Part shown: in pieces, positions 34,905 through 52,811 of the stretch | Layout: each line of letters begins with the position of its first letter | Position numbering within the stretch: the first letter of the stretch is position 1 | Notes under the pieces: model-generated | Told to the model about the DNA's origin: nothing | The model's database searches: none | The model's input: only the letters and a program-made list of their open reading frames with translations | NCBI RefSeq assembly: GCF_009914755.1 | Contig: NC_060927.1 | From: the human T2T-CHM13v2.0 reference genome, Homo sapiens | Length of the DNA stretch: 64,000 bases | Reading direction: 5' to 3' (one strand) | Program-made: the position numbers and the translations under genes

Positions 34905-35689
34905 CCTCATATATTGAAATCCTAACCCCAAAGTGATGCTATTAGGTGGTAGGGCCTTGGAAGGTGATGAGGACATGAGGATTCACAGCCTCACTTGAGG
35001 TAAGTCACTCAGCTCTCTTCAACTGAGGTCCAAAAAAGTCACCACAACTCTCTATGGAACACCATAACTGGGAGCTGAGTTAGCATCTTCGAAAAAAATT
35101 ACTTTTTAATATCAAAGGCCAATATAGCATACTAATTCTCAGATACTTAAACAATAAGCTCATTAGAGCTAAACCACATGGAGCTAATACTTTAAATTGT
35201 TTATATGGTTTTTAATTAACTATCCCTAATAACAGGAGTAATGTTTGATGGGCAGTATGTATACAGATGTCAAAAACAAAATGTAGACTACACCCCGCAT
35301 AGCATTTAATGTGCATTACTCAGGAATCATCTGTCTCCACAGCTTACTGCTTCCCCTCAAGGATGGCCTTTCTCAGGCCAGAGATGGTATCTAACCAGCC
35401 ATGGTGTATTCTGTTGAATTTGATACATGGCCTCACCTTGCAAAAGCTATGAATGCAGTAAATAAAGAGCAATAAATCCCCCCAACCTCAATTTTTATCA
35501 CCGGTTAAACCACTGCCTCTTCCCTGAAAACCTAATTTTAAAAATATCAACACTGATTCATTATTATCTCTTCTCCTTTTCCAAACAGGCAGAAGAGTCT
35601 GGAAAAGACATACATACCACCACACTTATCATACACAAACATGAAATGTCCAAAAAGCAACCTGGCACAACATCAACTGACTCACATTA

Positions 35690-36140
35690 TTCAGAGATTC
35701 AGCAAGTATTTAATAAACATTTACTATGTGCCAGGCACTGCTCTCAGGAACAAAGTACAACAATAAGCAAAACAAATATTCCTGTCCTCACAGAAATGGC
35801 ATCCTGGTGAGAGAAAGAGTTCCTCCCCACCCACCACCCCCTAAAAAGACAAATAGGTGAAATATGAAGCAGGGATAGAAAAAAAGAAAAAAAACTTGAG
35901 GAGGCTTTCCAATTTTAGGTAGGTGGCCAGAGAACGCTTCATGAGAAGGTAACATTTGATTAAAGATGTCAACGAAGTAAAGGAGTGAGCCAGGCTATCT
36001 GGGTAAGAGCATTCTACATAGAATCTCAACAGAGCACAAAGGCCCTGGGGTGAGAGTTCACTTGGTGTGTTTGAGCAAGATGGACAGTGTGGCAGAGGTG
36101 GAAGTGAGCAAAGCATAGAGCAATATGGAGTTGAGGTCAA
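35690..36140 (-). mobile_element. L2 fragment
   Basis: attcagcaagtattta...actatgtgccaggcactg L2 3' end. Confidence 0.65.
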
Positions 36141-36273
36141 CAGGTTAGGGATGGGAGAGACTAGTTCCTGAATTAGAAATTACAGACAACAGCCAGGCAA
36201 GCCAGATGCCTGGTACCACCTAAGGCTCATGCAGACACAGAGAATGACAAGCAAATTAGAAGAATGGGTTTCA

Positions 36274-36585
<312 letters not shown>

Positions 36586-37586
36586 AGAAGAATGGGTTTC
36601 AATAAGCTTTCTCCTCAGGGTCATAGTCAGGTATTAAATTGTTATTTGCATACAATTTACTTAGGTCTACATGGAATGGATCATTTCAACTGGATAATTT
36701 TCATCATAAAATTATATTACTACTGCCCTGAAGATGGGCTTTTCATGATTTATTCTATGCTCTATTTCTTCTCACGTCTCATTGTAATCGACCCAGAAGA
36801 TACTTTATGCCAGTAATGAATCATAGAACAAAAGGCGAGTGCGTGCTGAGGAATTCTATAAATGATCACTCTGGAACATGGGGACAAGGGCTCCTATTTT
36901 ATATTTAAACATCTGTCTCCTACCAGTGGGTCAAACCAGCCATGGGATGGGAAGTCCAATGTCATTCTGAGAACATTTCAAGAAGCAAATTTGATTTTTC
37001 TTAAAATCAATAACTAATCTCTGACAGAGCACTCCTGTCTACTAAGAGATCATTATCTCCTTCCCAAATGCTCAGGCACAAAAATGCCAAGCTCAAAAGG
37101 GCACGCCTACTTGTGTTTCCAAATGTTTCATGCTAAAAAAATTAAATCACGACATCATCAACATGCCCAAGCGGCGTGCAGACTCCTACAGGAGCTGTGG
37201 AATAAATCCCACTAATTACTATTCCAAGCTTGGTATTGCTGATGAAGTTAAGATAAAAATGCAAGATTTGCTAATAACACAGGAAGTCTGGCTAGATAGC
37301 ACCTTACTAACCCACCTACAGTGATAGCCACAGGAGGCTACAGAAACCTTATAAGTCGTGCGTCCATGAGGCAATTTTCCTAAAAACACTGTATTTGGCC
37401 AGGACCTTAGAAGCTCTTGATATTTGGCTTCTTCTTTTCTCCTGTGCTTTTTATAAGTATGGAACACATACACAGGTGTCTTATATACCTAGATTTAACC
37501 CCTCCCTAATTCCCAGTAAGGCACTTTTGCCAAAGCAGAAATAAACTGTAGGCTCACAGGCTTATGCTAACACTAAGTTAGGCTTC

Positions 37587-37901
<315 letters not shown>

Positions 37902-38539
37902 TAGGCTTATTTTTAAAACACAAATATGTTTAGATCCTGTCTTGGACTTTTAAGAATCCTGAATCCAGACATAGGACTTGAGTAAACAGAGCCAACAAGA
38001 TTCATTTACTTATTTTTATTTACTTATTTTTCTACTAATTTCTGAAGCACAAAGGAAAGCGCCTGACTCACTCTCAGATCTCTCCATTTTTACCAATGAA
38101 TTCAAGACAGGGGATCTTTAGCAGTATTTGTGGTTTAGGCACTAGGCTGCTGTCATTCCAGTCACTGAAATCTGCAGAAAGTGTGTGGATGGAGCCATTA
38201 GAAACAACCCAGGCGAGGCTTAGGCTATTTTAAATGAGAAGATATTTGTGTTGCCCCATCTCAGGATTTCAGGTAGCAGAGTTAGAAAAGCTGTAGTAGA
38301 TGCTTTCAATATCCTCAATTTAACCAACTAATTGGATGTCCCACCACATTTCTTCCAAAACCTACTGACTGATGCATTCTAGTGCTGACTCAAAGCCTTT
38401 CTCTAGTTATGCCTGCACACTCTGCCCCCACCAGCTGAGCTGGGTATTTACTAACAGCCAACGGTATTTAGTCCCTACTGTATTTGTGCTGCTGTACTTA
38501 CTATTTTAATTACACAATTTAAATAACAAAGAAACCAAT

Positions 38540-38830
38540 AAAAGTATGAAAATAATTGTCTTTATGAAACTAAGCTGTATAATTTGAAAAATATCAATAA
38601 AAGTGAGCTGCTAAAAACAGCCATTGAATTAGGTACAGGCATGACAACTAAAAAAGAGTAAAAACTATCTCTAAAAACCTAGAAGCGTTCTGTAATCAGG
38701 CTGCCCTCTTCTTTAAACAAATCAAAACAGGAAATTACAGGTAATACATAATAGATATGCTTTACATCAGGGAGATGATGCAGAAACTCGAGCAGCAAGC
38801 CTACGCTTGATGAATGGGCCTTGGAACTTT
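38540..38830 (+). mobile_element. TcMar-Tigger transposase N-terminal (HTH) fossil
   Basis: Degenerate MKTKL..K.ELLKTAIELG.G.TT and W..F.Q.R..P.L.E.AL-like patterns. Confidence 0.5.
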
Positions 38831-39869
38831 AGAGCTAAAGACTGGTGGGTAAAGATTCAAAGTTAAAATGACACACACACTTAAGGTCTGTATACATAAT
38901 GGTGGATGATTTCGCTGTTTTGATTAAGGAATGATGTCTCCATATCACCTTAGCTAAGACTTAGGACTTCTCTTGAAGTATCTCAGCCCTATGATCATAG
39001 AACCCTGGAGTATCCCTAATGTGTGAGCTCTAAGAATGCAGTTTCCATCAATTCACCAGTGCAAATACTGGCTCAGCAAAGAGCTTCTGGGCTTATTACA
39101 GAAGTGGCATTGGCTAACAGGTGTCAATACCTGAGCAAGTTGGCTCTGTGTTAATACAGGGAGGAAGACAGGGTGATCCTTACAGGAAATGCAAAAGAAA
39201 AGTTGTTGGGCTTTACATAAAACACAAAAGCTCCTACTATGGCTTCTGACCCAGCATGTCACTGTCATAACAGACGTTAGAGCACATGAAGAAGAAAATT
39301 AAACTCTTATCACTCCTTGCATGGTAGTACATGAGAGTTTTTTTCTCATTTCTTCCTGTCCCCAGAGACTCTACTACCTGCTGAAGAGTCCAAATTATTC
39401 ATTTTTTAAGAGTTTCATCTTGTGTTAAAATCTAATTGGATTCCTACAGCTTTAACAGACTTAGTGACTTTAAGTCTAACGGATCAACTGGCCTAATTCC
39501 ATCAAAACTGATACGGGAAGAGCAAAAGAGAAGTTATGGAGTTGGGGACAAAAACATGACCTTCACCCAGAGCCAGGCTGAGAATACGTTCCATAATAGA
39601 ACGCTATCATTTGGGGATATTCCTAAAACTTTGATTTAGGTTTAGATACAGGAGGTGGCTATAAGCAGCGACAAACAGAGAGATGAAAAAATGTGGAAAT
39701 TACACGTGCTGGACACATTGTGTGTCCTGCCTTACACCTCTCAATCCACATTTTAACTCCTGGCTGCTGAGCCAACTATTGGTACACAGACAGCATGAGG
39801 CCTTGGCTGTGCTATTTACCTCCTACCTTCTGACCTGGGACTCTTCTACAGAAGCCTGTTTGGAAAGTC

Positions 39870-40240
39870 CACAGCAACTGTTCAGCCACATACAAGTGCA
39901 AATCTAGGCATGCAAGAGAGAGTTAACCCCACCTACCTCCCACCTTGGGGCAGCCCTTGATCAATGGGAGATGGGTGCCAGGAGATGATAATCCCATTAC
40001 CTGTGTCTGGGGTAGAGAATTCTGAAGCACATTCTGTGTGGTTCCTACAAGGGTAGCCAGTGGGATTTGGCTTAAATTGCCCACAGCTGTAATCAGCACA
40101 AAAGCACACCTCCTGGGGTTCCTCCTCTCTTTCCATATTTTGTTCCTCTTGCTCTCCTTATTCTACTCTTCCGGGATGACATTCCTGCACCCAAGCCTTC
40201 ATCCCTGAGGCTCTGCCTTCTGGGAGAACCCATCTAAAAC
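39870..40240 (+). mobile_element. LTR16-like ERVL LTR fragment
   Basis: caatgggagatgggtgccagg...aattctgaagcacattct...aggctctgccttctgggagaaccc. Confidence 0.55.
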
Positions 40241-41014
40241 AATAAATACCCATTGTTTCAGAGTGCTAGACAGTGGCAAAATGGTATGCTTGCTTTAATC
40301 TGACATCTCTGATCATTGTTGGCCCTCCTTCCTTTGCTGCCCCAATTTATTCTCTCTATAGGTTAAAGTTCCAGTTGGCATAACAGCAAAGTTCCTTTCC
40401 TCCTCAAGTCTATCAAGAGCTACATTGAGGAATACAGAGACGCATTTCCAGACAAAGGACCAATCTAGACACTGCAAATAGAGCATATCTAATAATAAGT
40501 TCACGATTGGGTATCTCCAAGACATATACCCCGTGCTCAGGGAGTCACATGTTAACAGCTCCACAGTCACTGGTGGCCCTGGACCATTAGTTCTAAATCA
40601 AACACAGGCAGCAGCCATGAGTCCAGATGCTCTGAGCAGAGAGAGGGCAGATGAGGCAAGGGACAGGGATGCTAGGGTCTGGGGATACATAACTAAGATC
40701 TGCTGATGAGCAGAGTAGTACAAAGATTGTTTTTCCCCATGAGCAATTATGATAAGATGGCTGAGATTCTAACATTTTACACCGTAGGTACAAGATGCTG
40801 AACTAGGATTCCTGTAACAAAGCACCAGTCAGGCAAAAGGGGACCCATGTATTATCTTTGGGATTGTGACTTAAATCATTATAATGCAGAGAATTGCTTA
40901 GCAGCAAGCAAAATGTGTTGGTTCCAACCGTGAACTGCCATGATTCAAGTAAGCTGGCTCAGCCTGTATATTTTATGACCCAAAGACTGAGGAATAAGAT
41001 TAATGCCTTATACA

Positions 41015-41784
<770 letters not shown>

Positions 41785-42698
41785 TAACCATTGTATGTAT
41801 TTTATGTCAATGACTTTCATATCAATTTTTTTTAATGAAAATAAAAATGAACACCCTAAGGATCCAGCAACCCTCCACCGGCAATTCTAACACTTTCTGC
41901 CTGCCTGCCTCCATCTTCTCCTGCTCATCCTGAAAGGGTTTCTCTTTATGCCACAAGGTATGTGGAACATACAGAATATTTTATAATAAGGCTGCTCTTA
42001 TTTCTTCTTCGTGTAGGCAGAACTGTATACCCAGGGTAACTGGACAAAAACTGAGAGATACTGGAAGCAATGACTCAAAATTACTTATTAAAGTAGGAAG
42101 TGAGTCCACCAACAGAAGAGATTCCAAATTGTTAAAGTGATTGTTGTAGAGAGATGAGACCAGGATCTTCTTTCCTCTATTTTCCACATTTTATTATGTG
42201 CAATTATAGTGCTTTTATAGTAAGAAAAAAGTTAAACTAATGAATTCTATTATTCCTCAACTTCCTGATAACATTGACTGTTTATTACACACAGAGCAGA
42301 ATCCAGTAAGAAGCGGTTCTGTGTCAGACTTCACCAAGAGGAAATGCTAAGCATGAGCCCCAGACAGCACACATTATAAAGAGAAAAAAGGCAAAAAGCA
42401 GTCACTCCACCAAGTCCAGATTTGAAATTCTCTACTGCTCTGCATGACCCAGAGACAGGGCAACATGGGCAAACCGATGCTTTTCAGAGACTCCCAAAAC
42501 CTGTCATTTACAGCAGGGCAGGCTCTTTTCCATGAATGGATTGCTACCATTTCAGGTTTCTTTGGCTTACCTGTGCATTACTTATTTGACTTCAAGAGGA
42601 ATCCCGCACAACTGTGGTCAAGACATGGAGAAGATGAGACATGTGCTTTGCAAAAGGCAAATTTGAAATAACTGAACCATGACAAAATTTTAAAATAG

Positions 42699-43006
<308 letters not shown>

Positions 43007-43031
43007 AGAAATGGCAATTTAAAAAATCCTA

Positions 43032-43367
<336 letters not shown>

Positions 43368-43879
43368 TTAATCTAGTGCTAGTGGCCACATATAAACATA
43401 TACCACTCTCTTGACTACCCTTTGGGCAAATCCAAAGGTCTTATCCCAAATGCCCCTCTCTTCTCTGCAGCTTCTGGTGCTCCTGAGCATGCCCACCTTT
43501 CAAAGCTGGGATGAAAAACCATGCGAATTTTCCTCCTGTATCTGAGTGTACATCCTTTAGCTCATCAATGTCCTCTATAATCCTCTATCCCCCAACTATG
43601 AGTGAACCCCAAGATCCAGCCTTCTGTTGTTTGTACGGACTTTTCTCTACAAAGAACTTTTTGTGTGTCTTCAATTGTCACCTCTTCTCAGAAGAATCAC
43701 AAATGTCCACTCTCAGTCCTCAAAATAACTCAGATTTCCAATTATCCATAAAGGGCTGTCACTTCAAGGATCCCCCAACCCAATGTCTCATTCTCCCCTT
43801 TCTCATTACATCATTTATCCACCAGGTGGTTCCCCATCTCAGCCTCCACTCACAAGTCATCTGCAATTCTCCCCATTCC

Positions 43880-44234
<355 letters not shown>

Positions 44235-46377
44235 TAAACTATTCACCGGCATTACCCCAATCCATATCTGTGTTGACTCCCAATAAGTCTTCCAAATGAG
44301 TGGTTAAGACATAGACCCCTTCACACTCAACACTGAGAGAGAGAATACATTTTGAGTCAACAAGATTTTGTCCAGTCAGGAAGTCAGAAGTGTCTCAGTG
44401 AGGGAATTTAATATGGAAAATTGGTTGCACAGAGGATGGAACAGCAGAAAGAACAGCCAAGGAGAGGGAGGCAAACTAAAGATCAGCAACATGGGAAACT
44501 ATTACACCTTCCAAGGCTGGAGGATCATGGGAAGAGGGGCTGGAAGCAGGGCCCAGAAGCTGCAGCCAACCTGCAAGACCAGACACACAGCGGGGCTGCC
44601 TGTGGGACGAGGAGCCAGGGGGATGCAGCCCACAGCTCTCCCAAGACAAGCTGAAGGAGTGAAGCACGCCAGCCCCTCCTGCCTCCGAGGCTCCTGCCAG
44701 CACCTCCCTCAGGCTGAGCCTACCTGGAGCGGAGAGCAGGGACCCTGGGAAAGGCAAAGTCACAGGTGTCGCCAGTTTGTGCTATACAAGATGATGCAGA
44801 ATCAGGCTTGACTTCAGGGGACACCTGCCCTGAAGCTTTGTTGTTCCTTTGGTTCTGGGCATGGTGTGATAGGATTCTATATACTCCGGCACAACCCCTT
44901 GTGGTCTTAAGTTTACCTCTTGGTGAACTGCCTTCCTTGACTCAGGCACACGTTTTACCTTCTCTTCTGCTGTTACTCTCTGCTTGTCCTAGAAGAATTT
45001 CACATCTCTCTTTCCCACTACAAGCCCCCCCCAGTTAGTTCAAATACAGACATACGGCAAGTTCAAGGTCACGGTGGAAAATGTTTTGTGAGTCTCATCT
45101 CAAACATGAAGAACATGAATTCCATTATCTGGTTCCAGTTCCACCCAGTGACTTTTTTCGTCAGTTCTTTTTAAAACTCATGCTCTACTACTCTCAAATG
45201 CCCTATTGCATTTAAAACGAAAAGTAACCAGGTTAAAGAATAATATGTTCCTAGGCCTGAGCTGCTGCTTCAACCTTTTAATTGCATTTCTGCCCCAGAA
45301 TAAATGGGAGCAATGACTGCCTCCCACATGCCTGTTCCCTGCTCTGACCTCCTGCTCAGGTTTAAGGATTAACACAGAACAGCTGAAAAAGCATTTCTGG
45401 CCAAAAGCTGAGAGTCCAAGGCCATCTAAAAGCATGGCCAATGGTCTAAAATATTGTCTGATACATTAAAATGAAACAGAAGGAAAGGTACACCTTGTTT
45501 CTCTTCTTTATTTAATCACATCCTTAATAGTGACATATGTCAGTTAGGAACCCGCTCTGTTGCAAGTAACAGAAAACTGACTGACAGTGGCCTAAACTTC
45601 AGGATCCCTTTCATTACTTAGCAAAAAGTTCAGAGTTGGGTGGTCTCAGGTCCACTTTGGTGGCTCTTTCCACCTGAATCTGGCTGGCTGTGTCATTTGC
45701 TCTGACCAAGAGACTGTGATCAAAGTGACACTGTGTCAGTTCCAAGCCTAGGCTTCAAGATGCCTTTCATCTTCTGCTCCTGCTACTTTTGAAATTCTGC
45801 CAAGTCACATGTGAACAGAACCAGCCATCACCAGACATGTGAATGAGGCCATCCAGGAATAAAAGGCCCCCTGACCCACTTGTCCACTGATCAAATGAGC
45901 CTGCCCAGGTAAGAAGAGATGTCCAGCATAGCTAGGAGCTAAATAAAGGATTATAGTTTTAAGGCATTAAGTTTTGGGAAGTTTGTTACAAAGCAATAGA
46001 CAGTATGGGCAATTTGAGGATACATTTATAACATTTAAAGTTGAATAGGATCTGAGTATATCTTCTAGTCCAATCCTCCTTTTTAGCGAGAAAACTGAAG
46101 CCCAGAAAAACAGAGCAATTATCTCTAACGCACACAAAGACAGGACTAGAAGATTCCTCCTGGTCCTGCCTGTGTGTTTTAGAGATAATTCTAGGTCTAG
46201 AATCCTAGGTCTCACTAGCTTTACCACTTCATACCATAACAAGGCCTTTCCTAGGCTCAAGGGTCTACTATATAACCAAAAAAATACCCACCAAGAGATT
46301 GCTATAACATTGTTATACAAGAGATTGGATAAGACTTATGACATATGCATTCCACTAAATATCATGCAGCCATTTTA

Positions 46378-47039
<662 letters not shown>

Positions 47040-48900
47040 TTCCAAGAGCTAGTAAGTGAAAAATACAAACAAAAAACAAAAACAATAAACCAGGAAAGAA
47101 AATATAAAATATGACCCCACTTCCCCCTTTGTTGAAAACAATATTCACATTTACATGCCCAGAATGGTTACTTTGGAGAATAGAGTGGAGGGGCAAAGAG
47201 CAAAGGGGCAGCAAAAAGCTTCCAACGTGTAAAAAAGGAAACCAAAATTCTACTTCATTAAAACAAATGTGAGAAAAATTTCACTCTCCATAGAAATGAG
47301 CAGAGGTCAGTGGCAGAGCACTCCCAGGTAACTCTCACAACCCCCACTCTGCACATAAAGCTGGCAATTATACTATTCGTCATCATGCCATCATTATAAT
47401 CACGATATTAATAGCTACTGAACCTGTCTTTGATTAAGCCTCTCCAAAAGTATTGATTTACTTGCCTTGCAATGTCGCTATAAAACACAAGAAGGAAATG
47501 CTCCATCTACTTTACGGAATAAGAAACAAGTACAAAAAAGAAGGAAACAGCTCAAGGTCAAGGCCAATGATAGAACTATTGAGAAGAATACTCGAGTTTC
47601 TTCCATTCCTGAACTGCCCCCATTAATGTGGTGTGTCTGCATATAATTTGGTTATTAAGAAGTAATGAGGAAAGCATGAACAACATGACACTGGCTTCAA
47701 AACCAGAAAATCAAAGCAGTTATCCAAGGTCAGTATTTAAGTTGCAAAAAAAATTTCACAAGAGAAAAGATAGATGTCTTTTTCTCATTTCAAATGCCAA
47801 GGAACGCTCTAGTAACATTCTTTTGTATTTCAAAAATCAGATTCTAAAAAAACACTTCCTCAAGTTTAACCAGTCTGTACTATGCATCCCACTGGGGGAA
47901 GAAAATATTTATAGTTTCATACTGTACAGAAATCCCCGATGCCCTGGAAGTCTGTGTCGAGAAGTCCTAAGAGAGATGTACTTCTTTTCTCAGCCAGAGA
48001 CGTGAAGGAGAGCTGAAGAGTAAATGCTCCCCTCCAATCCCACTCCCCAGTTCAGCCCTGGCCCCTCCATCATCTACCTTTGATGAGCAATGGAGAGGAA
48101 ACCGGCAAGAGCCTCTCCCCGCATCTGCCCACAGCGGGATGAGGGAGGAGGCGCCGCTGTCGGTCCACACCATGGCAGAGTGGCTGCAGCCCATGAGGAG
48201 GGCCAGAAGGCACCAGGGCCAAGGCTCTGCCAGTCCTACCCAGACCAGCACGACTCACACGAGCTGTCAAACTTCAGGCTCAAGAGAACATTCTCCTCAA
48301 TCTCTTCTCCACTCTGTCAGTGCAACACAGAGCACAGGGGAATAAAATTTCCGAAAGATGTGATTTGCTTCTTCAGCAACATGTGCCAGAAGTGTCATGC
48401 AGCTCTCCTCTGATTTGTGCAGTATCCTGGCAAAGGGGGTCTCAGACTGCAAAGTTCAGAACCCCCTCCATCCCGTGACTGAGTCCGGTGATCCCTGGAA
48501 CCAGGCAGAGCAGGACTCAGAAGGCATTCTAGCTTTGCTGCTAAAACATCTCTCACTCTGCATCCCTTTCTGGGGGAGATGCCCAGGAGTCTCAAAGACA
48601 TGATGGATAGGCTGTCTTGCATCTGGCAAAGAGAACAAGGCCCTTCCCAAGAGTAAAAGCTCAACTGCAGAACCACCCCGCTGGCCTTGCTTCTCTCTTA
48701 TACACTGAAACACCATTCCCAGCAGCTGCAGGGTGAAAAAGGACCTCAAGTGAAGAACTGAACATATGGGGATGACCTCAAGCCTCACTTCTGCCATGCC
48801 CTAGCCATGTGGCCATTTAATCTCCCTGGGCCTCAGTTTCCTCATCTGCAGAAATGGAGATAAGACCTACCCGCAAGATTGTTGTGAGCATTATCTGAGG

Positions 48901-49127
48901 CAGGGATTTCTCAATGAGGGTGACTGTGCTCCTTCCCCTCCCCCAAAGCATTCAGCAAAGTCTGTCAACCGGCAGTCGGGGGCAGGGGGTCGGGGGGAAG
49001 GAGGTACACTATCAGGAGGTAAAGAGTACAGGGATGTGCTGAACATCCTACAATGCTCATGACAACCGCTTCACAACAACTATTATCCAGCCAAAAATGT
49101 CAATAGTACCAAGGTGGGAAAACCCTG
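48901..49127. mobile_element. MER20 (hAT-Charlie) inserted in a MIR
   Basis: cagggatttctcaa ... aaaatgtcaatagtaccaaggtgggaaaaccctg TIR-bounded. MIR core on the left (cctcagtttcctcatctg). Confidence 0.8.
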
Positions 49128-49248
49128 GGATGAGGTGATGCACGTGAAAGAAACCTATGAACGACAGTGCACTATTTACTACAATTATTACAGGAGAAAA
49201 ACACATTTTTGTGACATTTGAGCAAGCTACTCCTGTGGCACGGAAGTT

Positions 49249-49565
49249 TTTTCCTTTTTTTGTTTGTTTGTTTGTTTGTTTTGAGACAGGGTTTCGCTCC
49301 CGTCACCCAGGCTGGAGTGCAGTGGCATGCTCTTGACTCACTACAACCTCCAACTCCCAGGCTCAAGCAATCCTCCTGCCTCAGCCTCCCAAGTAAGTGA
49401 GACTACAGGCACACGCCACCATGCCTGGCTAATTTTTCTAATTTTAGTAGCGACGGGGTTTCACCATATTGGCCAGGCTGGTCTTGAACTCCTGACCTCA
49501 AGTGATCCGCCTGCCTCAGCCTCCCTAAGGGCTGGGATTACAGGTGTGAGCCACCACGCCTGGCT
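49249..49565 (-). mobile_element. AluS
   Basis: Reverse dimer. Confidence 0.92.
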
Positions 49566-51691
49566 ATTCCTGTTTTGTTTGTTTTAACACATGAATACAT
49601 GATGAGAATCTAGGAATTTAAAGGTTCTATGCTATAAGTTGTAAAGAAAGAGTACCAAGGGCAATGTGCCCCACATAGTAGGCAGTTTATAAATGCCTAC
49701 TGCCCAATGCAATGCACTGGAGTTCATAAGGTTTTTTTCACATGAAAAAGAGTTTTTTAGTCCAAAGAGGTATGCAGATCTGCCAAGCAACAAGGCTTAG
49801 GAGGGACGGAAGATGCCATTAAGATAAGCTGCCAAGTAGATGAATGAAAAATAAATATCCTAATACAGGTAGTCAGGCATCAGCAACCTTTTCTAGTTCC
49901 TGACCTGGCCTAAAGAGGATTCAGAGGGAAGAAAGATTGTGAAGGCAGGTGCCAACTAATTAACAAAACATGGAGTTCCACTTCAAATGACCCTGTATCC
50001 TAACCCTCAGTGTAGTTCCTGATAACCTGTCTAGGTTACTGAGGGTCAGCATCAAGGGGTCTGTGAAGGGCTGGAAAAGCAGCTAAGAATACAAGATGAT
50101 GGAGGTAAAGTCTATGGTAGAGAAACAGGATCATCTAATTTGTACCACAGGCAAGAGTGGTAGGGAAGGTCAATGCTGGGCAGAAAGAAAAATGCAAATC
50201 AAGGTTAGCCACCTTGGAATACAGATTGGATGAATGGAAGGAAGAAAGGATCGATGCTATAGTTTGCCCAGCCCAGAACTGACTCTACTTAAATATTAAC
50301 CCCAAAATGCTCAATTAACTCCCCAGGCATCTTCATTTTCCTACTTATTATTATTCACACAGTTTTTCTTCTCTTCTTGGGCTGAGACACGTCAGCTCAC
50401 TTCTGCCACATTTCAGGAAGCACCTGCACGTTCTGTTCTAACTTGAGACAGAGCCTCTGCTCTCACCTGGCTGCACCACCCACACATCAGGGATCACACA
50501 CATGAGGCAGCAGCCCAGTCCAGTGGTGCTGGAGCAGCAAGGCCTGGCTCCAAAATGCAGCCCCTTATCAGATATGCAACCTAAGGCAGTTATTTATAAC
50601 GTTTCAGGGTTTTATCCTCATTGCCTATTTAAAAAGCAAGACATATCTTATAAGGATATTGTAAGGATTAAACTAAATAATATCTATTAAAGTACTTAAC
50701 ACTGCGCCTGGCATTTTGATCAAGTTTGATAGATGCTGGCATAACAATGTTCATCTATCTGTATAAAATATTGGTCAAGGTCACTCACAACCTTCTTTCA
50801 TGATATATACATTATATCTCAGTAAAGTTTTTTTTTTTTTTTTAAGGATAACTTTATCCCAAAGATAGCATACAGAATGGTCTAGAGAGATTGCCTAACT
50901 GTAAAGGCCAAACTGACCCCAGTGGTGGTTTTATCAAAGGCCTGCTCTGATCTTCCTTTTAAACGTCATCTTCCACAATACACTGTGCGCCTCACTCTCC
51001 AAGCCCAAGTGTTCTAACCAGTTCTCTGCATCAGCCTGGCTGCCATTGGCCCATAATGCCTCCTTTCCCACATTTTCTTAGCCACTCAGTTCCTTTGTGG
51101 TTAGTCTCAGCTAAGACAATAGCAAATGAATAAATTACTTTTCTTAAAATTCATATTATTAACATGGAAATGATTAATAGGTAACTTCTCCCAAAGAATA
51201 TATACTTTTTAAAAAAGAATGTTTTTAAAAGTGTTAGACTATATATAATTTTACAGTTTTATATAACACACATACAATATATAATTTTTAAAAGTTGACA
51301 AAGAAATAATTTCAAACTTATAGAAAGTTGAAAAGAAAACCCACCACGTATCCTTTACTCGGTTTTACCAATTACTAACATTTTACCCCATTTGTTTTAT
51401 CATTTGTTCCCTCTGTTCTCTCCTTCCCCACTTTAAAATAAACACATAAACACACATAATTATTATACGAATAAATGAATGAAACTTTTTCCTAATTTAA
51501 GGGTAAGGCCTTTTCCCCTTAAATACCTCTAACTGCTTCAGTGTGTCTTTCTAAAAACAAGGATATTCTCTGTATAACCACAGGACAGTTATCAAATGCC
51601 TTTATCCTATCTACTGTCTGTATTCCAATTAATTCCATGTCAGTGTAAAATCAGATCTAGTTTAGGGTAGGTATCGCATTTGGTTGTCATG

Positions 51692-51697
51692 GTTTTG

Positions 51698-51729
<32 letters not shown>

Positions 51730-52006
51730 CCAGAGACAGGGATCTTGCTGTGTCCCCAGCCTGGGGTGCATGCTGCATGATTAGCTCACTATAACCTCCA
51801 ACTCTCGGACTCAAGGTATCCTTCCACCTCGGCCTCCTAAGTAGCTGGGACTAAAGCATGTGCCACCCTGGCTAATTTTTAAGTTTTTTTGTGCACACAA
51901 GGTCTTGCTATGTTGCCTGAGCTGGTCTCAAACTCCTGGGCTAAAGCAATTCATACACCAGGTCTCCCAAAATGCTGGGATTACAGTTTGAGCCGCCATG
52001 CTCGGT
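51692..52006 (-). mobile_element. AluJ within an antisense L1MC fragment (about 51290-52095)
   Basis: Reverse dimer with TSD gttgtcatg. Confidence 0.88.
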
Positions 52007-52750
52007 GAGTTGTCATGTATCTTTAGCCTCATTTAATCTGGAACACTTCCATACCCTTCTTGGTCTTTTATACTGACATTTTTGAAGAATACAGTCCATG
52101 TAGGATATATTTTTAAGTAGGAATACCTTAAAATATTTACTGTTGTTCTCTAGCCTCCAGCCTTGTTTTACTTTTCTTCATAGAACCTGTCACCACCTGG
52201 CACAGTACATATTTGTCTGTTGGATGTCTCCCTCACACAAGTACAAGCTACACGTAGTCACTTTCCAGGGTCCAGTACTATATCCTAGTGCCTAGAACAT
52301 TATGGTACACAGACATGCAGTGTTTGTTGAATGCTACTCCCAAGCATTCATCTACTTGCAGTGTTTGTTGAATGCTACTCCAAGCATTCATTCGTTCTTC
52401 TAAGCCTTTCCTCCAATGTTAGCAAAACAGGGACCAGACACCCCCACTCTGAACAACTGACCCCAACTTTATCACTCACAGTGGATGCAGTTCAGTGCAG
52501 GAAATGTCCTCAGACTAAGAGCTGTCTACCCTCAAGTCAGAACTTCTCACAGAGGGCTAGCGATGGAAAATCACCCCACAAGGTTCTAGGCAAAAAAACA
52601 GCAACTCAAGTATTGTAGAAAAAAGCCCTATTTAAGTACAGATGTATGGTGCAATAAACTAGTTCAACTGAATCAAAACTGTACCATTTTGTTTTTTCCT
52701 AAAAATATATATATTTATATATGTATAATATATGTTATATACATTTATGT

Positions 52751-52757
<7 letters not shown>

Positions 52758-52807
<50 letters not shown>
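52758..52807 (+). repeat. (CA)n microsatellite preceded by a TA-rich tract
   Basis: Seen directly. Confidence 0.97.
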
Positions 52808-52811
<4 letters not shown>

